The notes beneath the pieces were generated by a model, which saw nothing but the letters and a program-made list of their open reading frames with translations, was not told the origin of the DNA and made no database searches. From contig CALOBW010000030.1 of assembly GCA_942491525.1 (NCBI GenBank), positions 157,156-221,155 of the forward strand: DNA of 64,000 nt. Reading direction: 5' to 3'. The stretch is from an uncultured Thermodesulfobacteriota bacterium (lineage in GTDB: Bacteria > Desulfobacterota > Desulfomonilia > UBA1062). The position numbers and the translations under genes are program-made. Below, one piece after another: positions 8,119 through 16,268 of this stretch. The stretch's first letter is position 1. Every line of letters begins with the position of its first letter.

Positions 8119-9482
8119 AAACTTGCCGGCTCAGCCTCTCTGACGGCAGCAGCGCCAATTTTGCCGCCGGCACACGGCTGGCCGATGCCTTGCTGGAGAT
8201 GGGCATCGGGCTCGAGACGGCCTGCGGTGGCCGCGGCAGCTGCGGCAAATGCCGCGTTGAGGTCAGGGCTGAGACCACCACAAGCGTACCCAGACTGGCC
8301 TGCCAGACATATCTGGATGGTGACCTGACGGTAGCGCTGCACGCCCGGCGCCAGCAGGCGCAAGATCCCCCCCCTGCCGCCAGCCGCGCGGCCATCGATA
8401 TCGGCACCACCACCATCAAACTGAGCTTTGACGACGGGACCGAAAAAACATATCTCAATCCCCAGCGCCGCTACGGACATGATGTCATCTCGCGCATCCG
8501 GGCGGCCCGCGCGCCCGAAGCAGCCCGCCACATGCAGAGCCTGATCAACCAGACCCTCGCCAGCGCCATGCGCGGCGCTGAGATTGAGCAGATCGCCATC
8601 AGCGCCAACACCACCATGCTCTACCTGCTGCTGGGGCTCGACACCGCCCCCCTGGGCCGGGCACCGTTTAAGCCTCCGCTGACAGATTTCGGCAGCCTGA
8701 ATATCGACAGGACGACAATCTTGCCAGTCGTCGACGCATTTATCGGCGCCGATCTGGTGGGCGGGCTAGCCCTGCTGCACGAGAGCGGCCCCGGCACGCT
8801 GTTTGTCGATCTGGGCACCAATGGCGAAATGTTTGTGATCGATAAGGCGGGCCGCATCTTGGCCACCTCCTGCGCCATGGGCCCCGCCCTGGAGGGCATG
8901 AACATCAGCTGCGGCATGACAGCCACCCCGGGGGCCATCAGCCATATCAGCCATGATTGGCAATATGAAACCATCGGCGGCGGCGCGCCGGCCGGCCTCA
9001 GCGGCACCGGCCTGATTGATCTGCTGGCCAATCTGCTGCGGCACGATATCATTGATACGACCGGGCGCATCCGCCCAGACGGCCAGCTGCCTGACCAGGT
9101 CAGACGGATGGACCATGGCCTGCGCCTCTTTGACCAGATCAGTCTGAGCCAGGCCGATATCCGCAATTTCCAGTTGGCCAAGGCGGCCAGCCTGTGCGCC
9201 GCCGAACTGCTCGGACTGGATCAGATCGATAATGTCTACATTGCGGGAGCCTTCGGACAAAATCTCAACCTTGAAAATTTCAGACGGCTCAGATTCTTAC
9301 CAGCCCTGAGCGGCGCTAACTGGCACTATGCCGGCAACACCAGTCTTGCTGCCGCCCGATCCACCCTGAGCGAGCCTGGTTTCTATGGCCATGCCTGCGA
9401 ACTGCGCGACCGCATCGATACCGTCAACCTCTCGGCCTGCCCGTCGTTCCAGCAACACTTCATGCAGGCCTTGGCTTTTTAA
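8115..9482 (+). CDS. ASKHA-domain reductive activator of corrinoid proteins (RACo/RamA-like, DUF4445)
   Basis: N-terminal 2Fe-2S motif (CGGRGSCGKC...RLACQ), AIDIGTTT, VDLGTNGEM, GPALEG and YIAGAFG; ATG at 8115 overlaps the upstream TGA. Confidence 0.92.
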   Translation: MKTCRLSLSDGSSANFAAGTRLADALLEMGIGLETACGGRGSCGKCRVEVRAETTTSVPRLACQTYLDGDLTVALHARRQQAQDPPPAASRAAIDIGTTTIKLSFDDGTEKTYLNPQRRYGHDVISRIRAARAPEAARHMQSLINQTLASAMRGAEIEQIAISANTTMLYLLLGLDTAPLGRAPFKPPLTDFGSLNIDRTTILPVVDAFIGADLVGGLALLHESGPGTLFVDLGTNGEMFVIDKAGRILATSCAMGPALEGMNISCGMTATPGAISHISHDWQYETIGGGAPAGLSGTGLIDLLANLLRHDIIDTTGRIRPDGQLPDQVRRMDHGLRLFDQISLSQADIRNFQLAKAASLCAAELLGLDQIDNVYIAGAFGQNLNLENFRRLRFLPALSGANWHYAGNTSLAAARSTLSEPGFYGHACELRDRIDTVNLSACPSFQQHFMQALAF

Positions 9483-9491
9483 GGGGGAGTC

Positions 9492-10142
9492 ATGCCGATC
9501 TTTACCAACATTCCATTTAACCCGCAGACTGAGCAGCTCCAGACCCAATTGCGCATTCAACCGGGATCACGCCAGGAGGTTGATTTTAGGATGCTGCTGA
9601 GCGAAGCGCTGGCCGCAGCCAGACCCAAAGCGGTCTATCAGGCAGAGACCGTTGTCCGCGCAGACGGGCCCACCCTCGCTATCGGCGGCATCAAATTCAG
9701 CAGCGCCCTGCTGCATGAACAGCTGAGCCCGACGGTCTATCCGTTTGCCGCCACCTGCGGCCGTGAACTGGCCGAATTTTCCAAAACCCTGACCAGGCCG
9801 CTGCATAAGTTCTGGCTCGAATATATTCAGATCAGCGCCCTGAACAGCGCGACCCAATATCTGCAGGCGCAGCTTGCCGTGCCGGATCTGGCCTGCCTTA
9901 CGCCGGGATCACTGCCCCAGTGGAATCTTGAGCAGCTGCCGCTGATTTTTGAGCTGCTGGGCGACGCTCCGGCCGCGATTGGCATCCAGCTGATGCCCAA
10001 CTGTCTGATGAAACCGCTCAAATCTGTCAGCGGGATCTATTTCCGCTCAGCAGACAATTTCAGCAACTGCCGCAACTGTTCGCGTCTGGACTGCCCCACA
10101 CGTCAGGCACCCTACCAGGCGGCTGGATTTCCAGAAATTTGA
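9492..10142 (+). CDS. Stand-alone B12-dependent methionine synthase activation-like domain protein
   Basis: YPFAATCG, PGSLPQWNLEQ, MKPLKSVSGIYF and a terminal CRNCSRLDCPTR motif. Confidence 0.8.
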   Translation: MPIFTNIPFNPQTEQLQTQLRIQPGSRQEVDFRMLLSEALAAARPKAVYQAETVVRADGPTLAIGGIKFSSALLHEQLSPTVYPFAATCGRELAEFSKTLTRPLHKFWLEYIQISALNSATQYLQAQLAVPDLACLTPGSLPQWNLEQLPLIFELLGDAPAAIGIQLMPNCLMKPLKSVSGIYFRSADNFSNCRNCSRLDCPTRQAPYQAAGFPEI

Positions 10143-10169
10143 GAGGCTCCCGGCTACAGCGGAATCAGG

Positions 10170-10565
10170 CTACCCCCAGCGGCGCTGCCGCCTTTTGCTC
10201 TCCAGCCAGCTATCAGCCTCGTCACGGCTGCGGAAGATCATATGTTCCCAGAGCATCTCGCCCAGGTGGGCCTGCCACATGCGGCCGAGGCCGTACTGCA
10301 GGTCGCTGGGCGCAATCACGGCCACCATCACGCCGGCCGCATGCTTGGACATCTGCTGATACTGTTCGGCCAAGAGCTGAATATTAAGGTCCGGAACCCG
10401 CATCTCAGCCACATCCGTATAGTCGGCCACGATGGTCGAAAAATTCATCAGCTGCTCCGGATGATTGAGTCGGCACTGGAATGAGTCATAGATCTCGGCG
10501 CTGGTCAGCACCCCGTAGTAGCGGATGGAAAGTCCGCCATCCGCATACACCACCTCGCACGGCAT
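10170..10565 (-). CDS. Hypothetical protein (STAS/SpoIIAA-like small alpha/beta fold)
   Basis: AVIAPSDLQYGLGRMWQ...IFRSRDEADSWL; upstream AGGAGG. Confidence 0.65.
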   Translation of the reverse strand: MPCEVVYADGGLSIRYYGVLTSAEIYDSFQCRLNHPEQLMNFSTIVADYTDVAEMRVPDLNIQLLAEQYQQMSKHAAGVMVAVIAPSDLQYGLGRMWQAHLGEMLWEHMIFRSRDEADSWLESKRRQRRWG

Positions 10566-10690
10566 AGGTATACCTCCTGATTATCAACTGCAGATCAATT
10601 CAGCGTGAGCAAAAATCAAAGGAGCGGCTTTCAGCATATCAGATCATAGACATCATCAGAAGTGCCAAAACAAAAATTTTCAAAATTTTG

Positions 10691-11035
10691 TCAAACCGCC
10701 GGCTCTTTCAGCTGATAGCGGTTGGGATCATTGAAGAAGGAGACATCGGCATAGCCGGCGTAGATCTTGCCGGAATGTCTGACGCCCAGCGGAATGTGGT
10801 ACTGGTCACCCTTGCGGTAGGTCTGCGACCGGCCGTCAATCACCAGATCGATACGCCCCTGCAACACAATACCGATCTGGGCGCAATGGGCATGGGCCGG
10901 CAGAGTTATATCCTTGGCAAACTGCATGAAGATGATCTGATGGTTCTCCGACTGGGAAACATAGGCCGTGATCCCGTCCAGCGGGATGTCGGCCTGGGGC
11001 AACTTGGTGATGGATTCAGGGAAGCAGCTGTTCAT
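10691..11035 (-). CDS. Cupin domain protein
   Basis: HAHCAQIGIVLQG...GDQYHIPLGVRHS two-motif cupin. Confidence 0.9.
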   Translation of the reverse strand: MNSCFPESITKLPQADIPLDGITAYVSQSENHQIIFMQFAKDITLPAHAHCAQIGIVLQGRIDLVIDGRSQTYRKGDQYHIPLGVRHSGKIYAGYADVSFFNDPNRYQLKEPAV

Positions 11036-11859
11036 AGTTCCCCATTAAAATCATGAATCCGGCGCGATGTCACGCCCACGATGTAGATCATCCAGAATAT
11101 CAACGTGATGTGCAGCACATCATTGGCCGAGAACCAGATGCCGCGCGCCCAGAGCTTCTCGGTGCAGCCGGCCAGAAAATAGCCGTAGTAGCAGACAATC
11201 ACCAGCCCCAGCCCCACCCAGGTGCCGATCTGGGCCGCATCCATGGAGAGCTTGTGGCGCGCATAACGCACCGCGTTCAGAACCACGAAGGCAATCACGC
11301 TGGGAGCCAGAAAGAGCAGCATCAGCTCAAAAGATATCATCAAGCGCTGGGGCAGATAGCAGCCCAGCAGCAGAACAAAAGTGTAGGTCAGCATGTTGGC
11401 CGCCGCATAGCCCAGCAGGCCGCGGCGCAGGCGGCCGCCGCTGCAGCAGTAGGCCTGACCGGCCATCATGGCGTTCAGGCTGCCGACCGACAGCAGCAGA
11501 TAGGCAATTTCCCAGTAGCTGGTCCAGACACAGTACTCACGGCCGGCGCACTTGAGCTCATAGCTGAAGATCTGATAGCTGGTGCCGGCCGAGAGCGCTC
11601 CCAGACCCCAGAGAATCAACGAGATGCCCCACCAGCGACGCGATTTCTGGCCCGCGGCAATCCGCAGAAAATGAATGCCGCAAATGATGGTTATGATGCC
11701 GAGAAAGTAGACGAAGAAGGTTGAGCTGGGCTCCATCAGCAGCCAGCTGCGGCCGAAGGCCTCGACCTCGACCCAGGGCATGCTGGTCAGCCACTCGTCA
11801 GGGGTGATCAACGGACGGTAGAGCAGAACTTCAAGATCAAACATTTCAGTCAATTGCAT
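11032..11859 (-). CDS. Uncharacterised multi-pass membrane protein (DUF6962-like)
   Basis: GGAGGAG RBS before ATG at 11859; about 7 hydrophobic segments; MEPSST and ANDVLH motifs. Confidence 0.65.
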   Translation of the reverse strand: MQLTEMFDLEVLLYRPLITPDEWLTSMPWVEVEAFGRSWLLMEPSSTFFVYFLGIITIICGIHFLRIAAGQKSRRWWGISLILWGLGALSAGTSYQIFSYELKCAGREYCVWTSYWEIAYLLLSVGSLNAMMAGQAYCCSGGRLRRGLLGYAAANMLTYTFVLLLGCYLPQRLMISFELMLLFLAPSVIAFVVLNAVRYARHKLSMDAAQIGTWVGLGLVIVCYYGYFLAGCTEKLWARGIWFSANDVLHITLIFWMIYIVGVTSRRIHDFNGEL

Positions 11860-11917
11860 AACTCCTCCTGTTGACGCAATTTTCACACGATTATCCGAAG
11901 GCGTCAACAGAGGTGAT

Positions 11918-13060
11918 TCAATCGGCGACGCGGTTGCGGCCGGCGCTCTTGGCTCGGTAGAGGGCGGCGTCGGCCGCTTCAATCAGAGCCTGGGGGTCGG
12001 CCCCTGCATCGGCCTGCAGGCTGGCCGCCCCGATACTGACCGTCACATGCCCCCAGGCCGACAACTGATGCCTGATCTGCAGGCGGCGCACGGCGCTGCA
12101 AAGATTCTCGGCCATGGTCAGCGCACCCCTCAGCTCAGTTTCAGGCAGGATCACGCAGAACTCCTCGCCACCGTAGCGCGCCAGCAGATCCGCCGGCCGT
12201 CTGATCTCCTGCTGCAGGGCCCCGGCCACCTTTCTGAGGCAGTCGTCACCGGCCAGGTGGCCATAGGCATCGTTATACTTCTTAAAGAGGTCCACATCGA
12301 TCATCAGCAGGCTCAGCACAACGCCGGAACGCCTGGCGCGCTGCCACTCCTGGCCGAGGTGTTCGTCAAAGCTGCGGCGGTTGGCCAGTGATGTCAGACC
12401 ATCCAGGGCCGAGAGCCTGGCCAGTTCCCGGTTGGCCCTCTCCAGGTCCCGGTTCTGGGTCTCAATGACCTGTTCGCGCATGAAGCGGTTCAGGCGCTGG
12501 ACCCGCATGACATGCGAGATCAGCAGCGCCACAATACTCAGGATGCAGATATCGGCCACCGCCAGGATCGCATCGCCCCCCCACCCGCCACTCAGCAGAA
12601 CCACGCTGACCATCAGGAGTGTCGCCAGCAGCATGAGTATGACCAGCTCTACCTTGCTGAGGCTGATCAGAACCGAGAGCAGCAGAATTGTAAAATAGAT
12701 GTATATCAGATCATCCGCCACCAGGGAGAGGACCACCCCGTAGGCGATGGTAATCATCAGTATCAGCCACTGCACATGACGACTGCCGGGATGACCCTGG
12801 GCCAGGAGCACGATCAGGGCGGGCGTGCCGAAGAGCACCGCCAGCACCATTTTAAGGCTGCCGACAACCGCGACCAGGGTCTGATTGACCTCGGCCGCCC
12901 CGTAGACCATGTAGGCGATCAGCAGATAGAGCAGCGACTGCAGCATCAGCAGCAGCGAGATCAGCCGGGCACGGTTGAGATTGTTGCAAACCGACTGTTT
13001 GACGAACAGCACCTGATCAGCCGGGTCCAGTCGGGGCGTCCTCAGGCTCAGATCATCCAT
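11918..13060 (-). CDS. Membrane-anchored diguanylate cyclase (GGDEF)
   Basis: Multi-TM N-terminus, LDGLTSLANRR, IDVDLFKKYNDAYGH and RPADLLARYGGEEF (intact active site with an RxxD I-site). Confidence 0.93.
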   Translation of the reverse strand: MDDLSLRTPRLDPADQVLFVKQSVCNNLNRARLISLLLMLQSLLYLLIAYMVYGAAEVNQTLVAVVGSLKMVLAVLFGTPALIVLLAQGHPGSRHVQWLILMITIAYGVVLSLVADDLIYIYFTILLLSVLISLSKVELVILMLLATLLMVSVVLLSGGWGGDAILAVADICILSIVALLISHVMRVQRLNRFMREQVIETQNRDLERANRELARLSALDGLTSLANRRSFDEHLGQEWQRARRSGVVLSLLMIDVDLFKKYNDAYGHLAGDDCLRKVAGALQQEIRRPADLLARYGGEEFCVILPETELRGALTMAENLCSAVRRLQIRHQLSAWGHVTVSIGAASLQADAGADPQALIEAADAALYRAKSAGRNRVAD

Positions 13061-13069
13061 AACCAGCGA

Positions 13070-13852
13070 CTATATCAAACCCTTGCGTTTCAGGGCGTGC
13101 ACGATCAGAAAGGTGTTCCACTCCGGGTGCGTGCGGCCCCAGCTGCCGTCGCGATTCTGATGCTCCGTCAGATAGACGGCGGCCTGCTGCAGCTGTTTTT
13201 CGGCCGAGGAACCGCTGATATGCCCCAGAACATTAAAGGTCTGATAAAAATTGAGCTCAGGCCAGCGGCCGTCATCCTGCTGAATCGCGGCCAGGCCGTG
13301 CACCGCCTCCTTAACCTCGGGCCCGCTGACGAAATCGGGATGGACCACAAAGCAGCGCAGAATGTTGCTGAAATTGGCCGGCGGAATCCAGGCCGCCACG
13401 CCCTCGGCAGCCAGCCCATTATAGGCCGCCATGACCCTTGTATCTCCGCCCAGGCCGAAGATGGTGGCCAGAAATAGACTCGCCGTCAGATAGAGAGTCC
13501 GATTGTCGGACTTGACAAAGGGCAGGCCCGCCAGTTCATCGGCCCCGACCTTGCCGGCCCTATGCTCGCTCTCCAGATGGTGGCTGATCAGCCAGTTTAG
13601 CCCGCGCTCGCTCTGCTCATCCAGTTCACGCACACAGAGGTGCAGGCCGAAAAGACGGCTGATGGTCCAGATCGAGGAGTTCTCCCAGGAGCCGTCGGCC
13701 CACTGGTTTGAATAGAGATGGCGGGCGGCAATGTCATGATCGCGCTGCCAGTGCTGATCATGCTCATGCAGCCAGTAGTGTCGGGCATAGATGCCGACCG
13801 GCGTCTGGGAATCTTTGAATATCTGCAGCGGGTCGTGTTTTAACTCCAACAT
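13070..13852 (-). CDS. Prenyltransferase/squalene-cyclase QW-repeat-like protein
   Basis: Three QW-like repeats (NQWADGSW, QQDDGRW, HQNRDGSW); no DxDD motif seen. Confidence 0.6.
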   Translation of the reverse strand: MLELKHDPLQIFKDSQTPVGIYARHYWLHEHDQHWQRDHDIAARHLYSNQWADGSWENSSIWTISRLFGLHLCVRELDEQSERGLNWLISHHLESEHRAGKVGADELAGLPFVKSDNRTLYLTASLFLATIFGLGGDTRVMAAYNGLAAEGVAAWIPPANFSNILRCFVVHPDFVSGPEVKEAVHGLAAIQQDDGRWPELNFYQTFNVLGHISGSSAEKQLQQAAVYLTEHQNRDGSWGRTHPEWNTFLIVHALKRKGLI

Positions 13853-13923
13853 GCGCTACCTCCTACAGATTTTAATAGAGCCCGGCCCGCTGAAGGCAAG
13901 CCCGATCTGTTGAAGGCAGAGAA

Positions 13924-13948
13924 GTCGGGGGCAGATGCCCCCGGCTTT
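13924..13948 (-). terminator. Intrinsic terminator after the DUF3892 gene
   Basis: GTCGGGGGCA-GA-TGCCCCCGGC hairpin just past the stop codon. Confidence 0.6.
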
Positions 13949-13950
13949 GT

Positions 13951-14229
13951 CTAGCCCAGATTTAGCAAATTCTCGGGATGCTCGTCATCAAGGATGGTCT
14001 TGAGATACTTCTCACCGGATTCGGTTACCGCCACAACCACGTCGGTCTTGTTGCCATTGGCGTCAACATAGAATCCCCACTCTCCAAGCTCAATACCGGC
14101 GATTGCCTGGCACGGAGAGATCTCCCACTCGGAACCGTCGGAATTCTTGCCACCGAGCAGTCTGATACATTCATGTGCACTTTCACGATCACTCTTCTGA
14201 ATATAAAGAACCTGATGTTTTGATGCCAT
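13951..14229 (-). CDS. DUF3892 domain protein
   Basis: IQKSDR...HECIRLLGG...W...AIAGIELG...FYV...YLKT..D....NLLNL pattern. Confidence 0.8.
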   Translation of the reverse strand: MASKHQVLYIQKSDRESAHECIRLLGGKNSDGSEWEISPCQAIAGIELGEWGFYVDANGNKTDVVVAVTESGEKYLKTILDDEHPENLLNLG

Positions 14230-14302
14230 AATCCCTTCTCCCTCAAATTTTTTCTAAGATGGTAAGTACTCGTAAATACAACAACAACCATTCTTAAATG
14301 CT

Positions 14303-14349
14303 AATCTAGCACAACTTGATCAGGCTCCGTAAGTATCCCAAAGGATACC
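14303..14349 (-). promoter_or_regulatory. DUF3892 promoter with upstream palindrome GTATCC-CAAA-GGATAC
   Basis: Minus-strand TTACGG-18-TAGATT with TG extension; same palindrome and geometry as at 4338-4384. Confidence 0.5.
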
Positions 14350-14357
14350 TTTTTGAT

Positions 14358-14397
14358 GATCACGAGGTATACCTTTGGGATACCTCGTGATCTTTTT
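14358..14397 (+). terminator. Perfect 13-bp hairpin plus U-tract in a divergent intergenic region
   Basis: GATCACGAGGTAT-ACCTTTGGG-ATACCTCGTGATC-TTTTT. Confidence 0.6.
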
Positions 14398-14519
14398 GTC
14401 AATATTTACAATATATTATGCGAATCAAAACATAAGAAATAAGAATAAAAAAAATCGGTTTTTTGGAAACTTAACGCATGATAGGGTGGAAAACCCGTGA
14501 AAAACAAATAGTGAGGTAG

Positions 14520-15080
14520 ATGATGTCCAAGATTATGGCCAGAATTAAATATACAATCGGGGCCGGCTTTTTTAAAATTACAGGCTGGCGCTGCGACCGA
14601 CTGCCCAAGGAGCTGGGCAACCGTTTCGTGCTGATCGGCTTTCCGCACACATCCAATATTGATGCGCCCATCGGCGTGGCATTCTCATTCATCAACCAGA
14701 TGCAGGCCAGCCCCATGCTCAAGAAGGAGTGGATGTTCTGGCCCATGAGCGTCATCTTCAAGGCCATGCACGTGATCCCCATCGACCGCGGAGCCAAGAC
14801 CGATGTGGTGGGTCAACTGGTTGGCGAGTTCAAAGCGCGCGACAACTTCATCCCCTTCATCTTTCCGGAGGGCACGCGCAAAAACGTCAACCAGATCAAG
14901 ACCGGCTTCTGGCACATCGCCGATCAGGCCGGCGTGCCCATCGCCATGCTCTTCAAAGATTTTGAAGAGCGCCGCATCCGCTACATGGGCCACATCCATA
15001 CCAGCGGCGACAAACGGGCCGACCTGCTGAAGATCAGAGAGATCTTCCAAACCGTCGACCATGAGGTGCCGGTAAGCTAG
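14520..15080 (+). CDS. PlsC-like phospholipid/glycerol acyltransferase
   Basis: GFPHTSNID (HX4D), VIPIDR, FPEGTR and GFWHIA. Confidence 0.9.
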   Translation: MMSKIMARIKYTIGAGFFKITGWRCDRLPKELGNRFVLIGFPHTSNIDAPIGVAFSFINQMQASPMLKKEWMFWPMSVIFKAMHVIPIDRGAKTDVVGQLVGEFKARDNFIPFIFPEGTRKNVNQIKTGFWHIADQAGVPIAMLFKDFEERRIRYMGHIHTSGDKRADLLKIREIFQTVDHEVPVS

Positions 15081-16216
15081 AAGGCTTCGCCGATGGCAAA
15101 GTATAGGGCGTAGTCATCCTTGCCCCAGGCCAAGTCAATGCTCATATTGACCCGATTTTCGGTCTCCGCCATGTAGCGCAGGCCGAAACCGAGGCTGGGC
15201 AACAGCTTATCAAATTTGAAATCACTGACCTTATGGGCCACGCGCCCCACGCCAAGGAAGCTGACCAGGCCGACGCGCTCATGAAACTGCCAGCGGTACT
15301 CCAGCTGGGTGGCCAGCATCATCTTGTCGCGGTACTGCCCGCCGACGTAGCCGCGCAGGTCATTCATACTGCCGAACATGCTCAGGTCATAGAAGGGCAC
15401 ATCCCCGTAACCGAGGCGGCCATAGAGCCGGTAGGCCAGCACATGAGTCGGCGCCACCTCCTCATAGAGGTTAAAGGCGCCCTCATATATCTGATAGGTA
15501 TTGTCCGAACCGAGCGACTTGGCGGCCCAGTTGGTTGAGAGATCGATAAAGATGCCGTCGCTGGCATTCATCTTGTTGTCACGCGTGTCATAGCTCACCA
15601 GCAGCCCCAGGCCCGAGGTGACCGAATTGAGCTCGATACGCGGGAGGTAGTGCAGATAGGGATACTGGGGGGCCAGCACATAGCCCAGGTTTTTAAGATC
15701 GAAATCGGTGTTGACCTGCAGGTAGCGCAGGCGCGCCCCCAGATAGATGTCGTGGCCCACATGGGCCTGGAAACCGGGAATGAAGGCCGCAAACTTCTGA
15801 TTGATGGGCAGATAGATCCCCAAGCTACCGGCCTTATAGCCGATGCCGTAGAACTTCAGATTCATGTCGCCATAGCCCAGGGCAGCATTGACCCGGTACT
15901 CATCATCCTTCAGATAGGTATCCTGGGCCAGGCCCACCAACCAGCTGTCGCTGTTGGTATAGAGACCGCCCAGGATGGTGCTGGAGTCGGGCGAGCCCTC
16001 ATCGACGTTGTAGATAGTCATGACCGCCAGCCCCAGCCCGGTGCCGATGGTGGGATTGGACAAGGGGATGGGCATGGCCACAGCCTTGACCGGCTTCTCA
16101 AGCTCATAGCCGGCCTCGCTGTTCGGGGTGGCGCGTTCCAGCGTGCGCTCATAGTCGCCGGCCAGCAGCGGCGATGAAAGGAACAGAATTAAGACTACAG
16201 GTGCGAATCTGCGCAT
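15077..16216 (-). CDS. Omp85 (BamA/TamA superfamily) barrel without POTRA domains
   Basis: Signal peptide, loop-6-like DLRGY motif, terminal YFAIGEAF beta-signal; only 379 aa. Confidence 0.85.
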   Translation of the reverse strand: MRRFAPVVLILFLSSPLLAGDYERTLERATPNSEAGYELEKPVKAVAMPIPLSNPTIGTGLGLAVMTIYNVDEGSPDSSTILGGLYTNSDSWLVGLAQDTYLKDDEYRVNAALGYGDMNLKFYGIGYKAGSLGIYLPINQKFAAFIPGFQAHVGHDIYLGARLRYLQVNTDFDLKNLGYVLAPQYPYLHYLPRIELNSVTSGLGLLVSYDTRDNKMNASDGIFIDLSTNWAAKSLGSDNTYQIYEGAFNLYEEVAPTHVLAYRLYGRLGYGDVPFYDLSMFGSMNDLRGYVGGQYRDKMMLATQLEYRWQFHERVGLVSFLGVGRVAHKVSDFKFDKLLPSLGFGLRYMAETENRVNMSIDLAWGKDDYALYFAIGEAF

Positions 16217-16268
16217 AACAGCCTCCTCAAATAAATGAGCGGGCCGGAGCCCGCTGTGATAATAAAAG

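Noticed and set aside
5367-10142. Pyrrolysine or selenocysteine read-through in the methyltransferase genes
   Set aside because: All five ORFs are full-length for their families with no internal TAG/TGA, and no MttB-type gene is present.
14329-14392. CRISPR-like repeat or mini-array from the GTATCC palindromes
   Set aside because: Only two direct copies, 10 kb apart, plus one inverted copy; no regular spacers and no cas genes.
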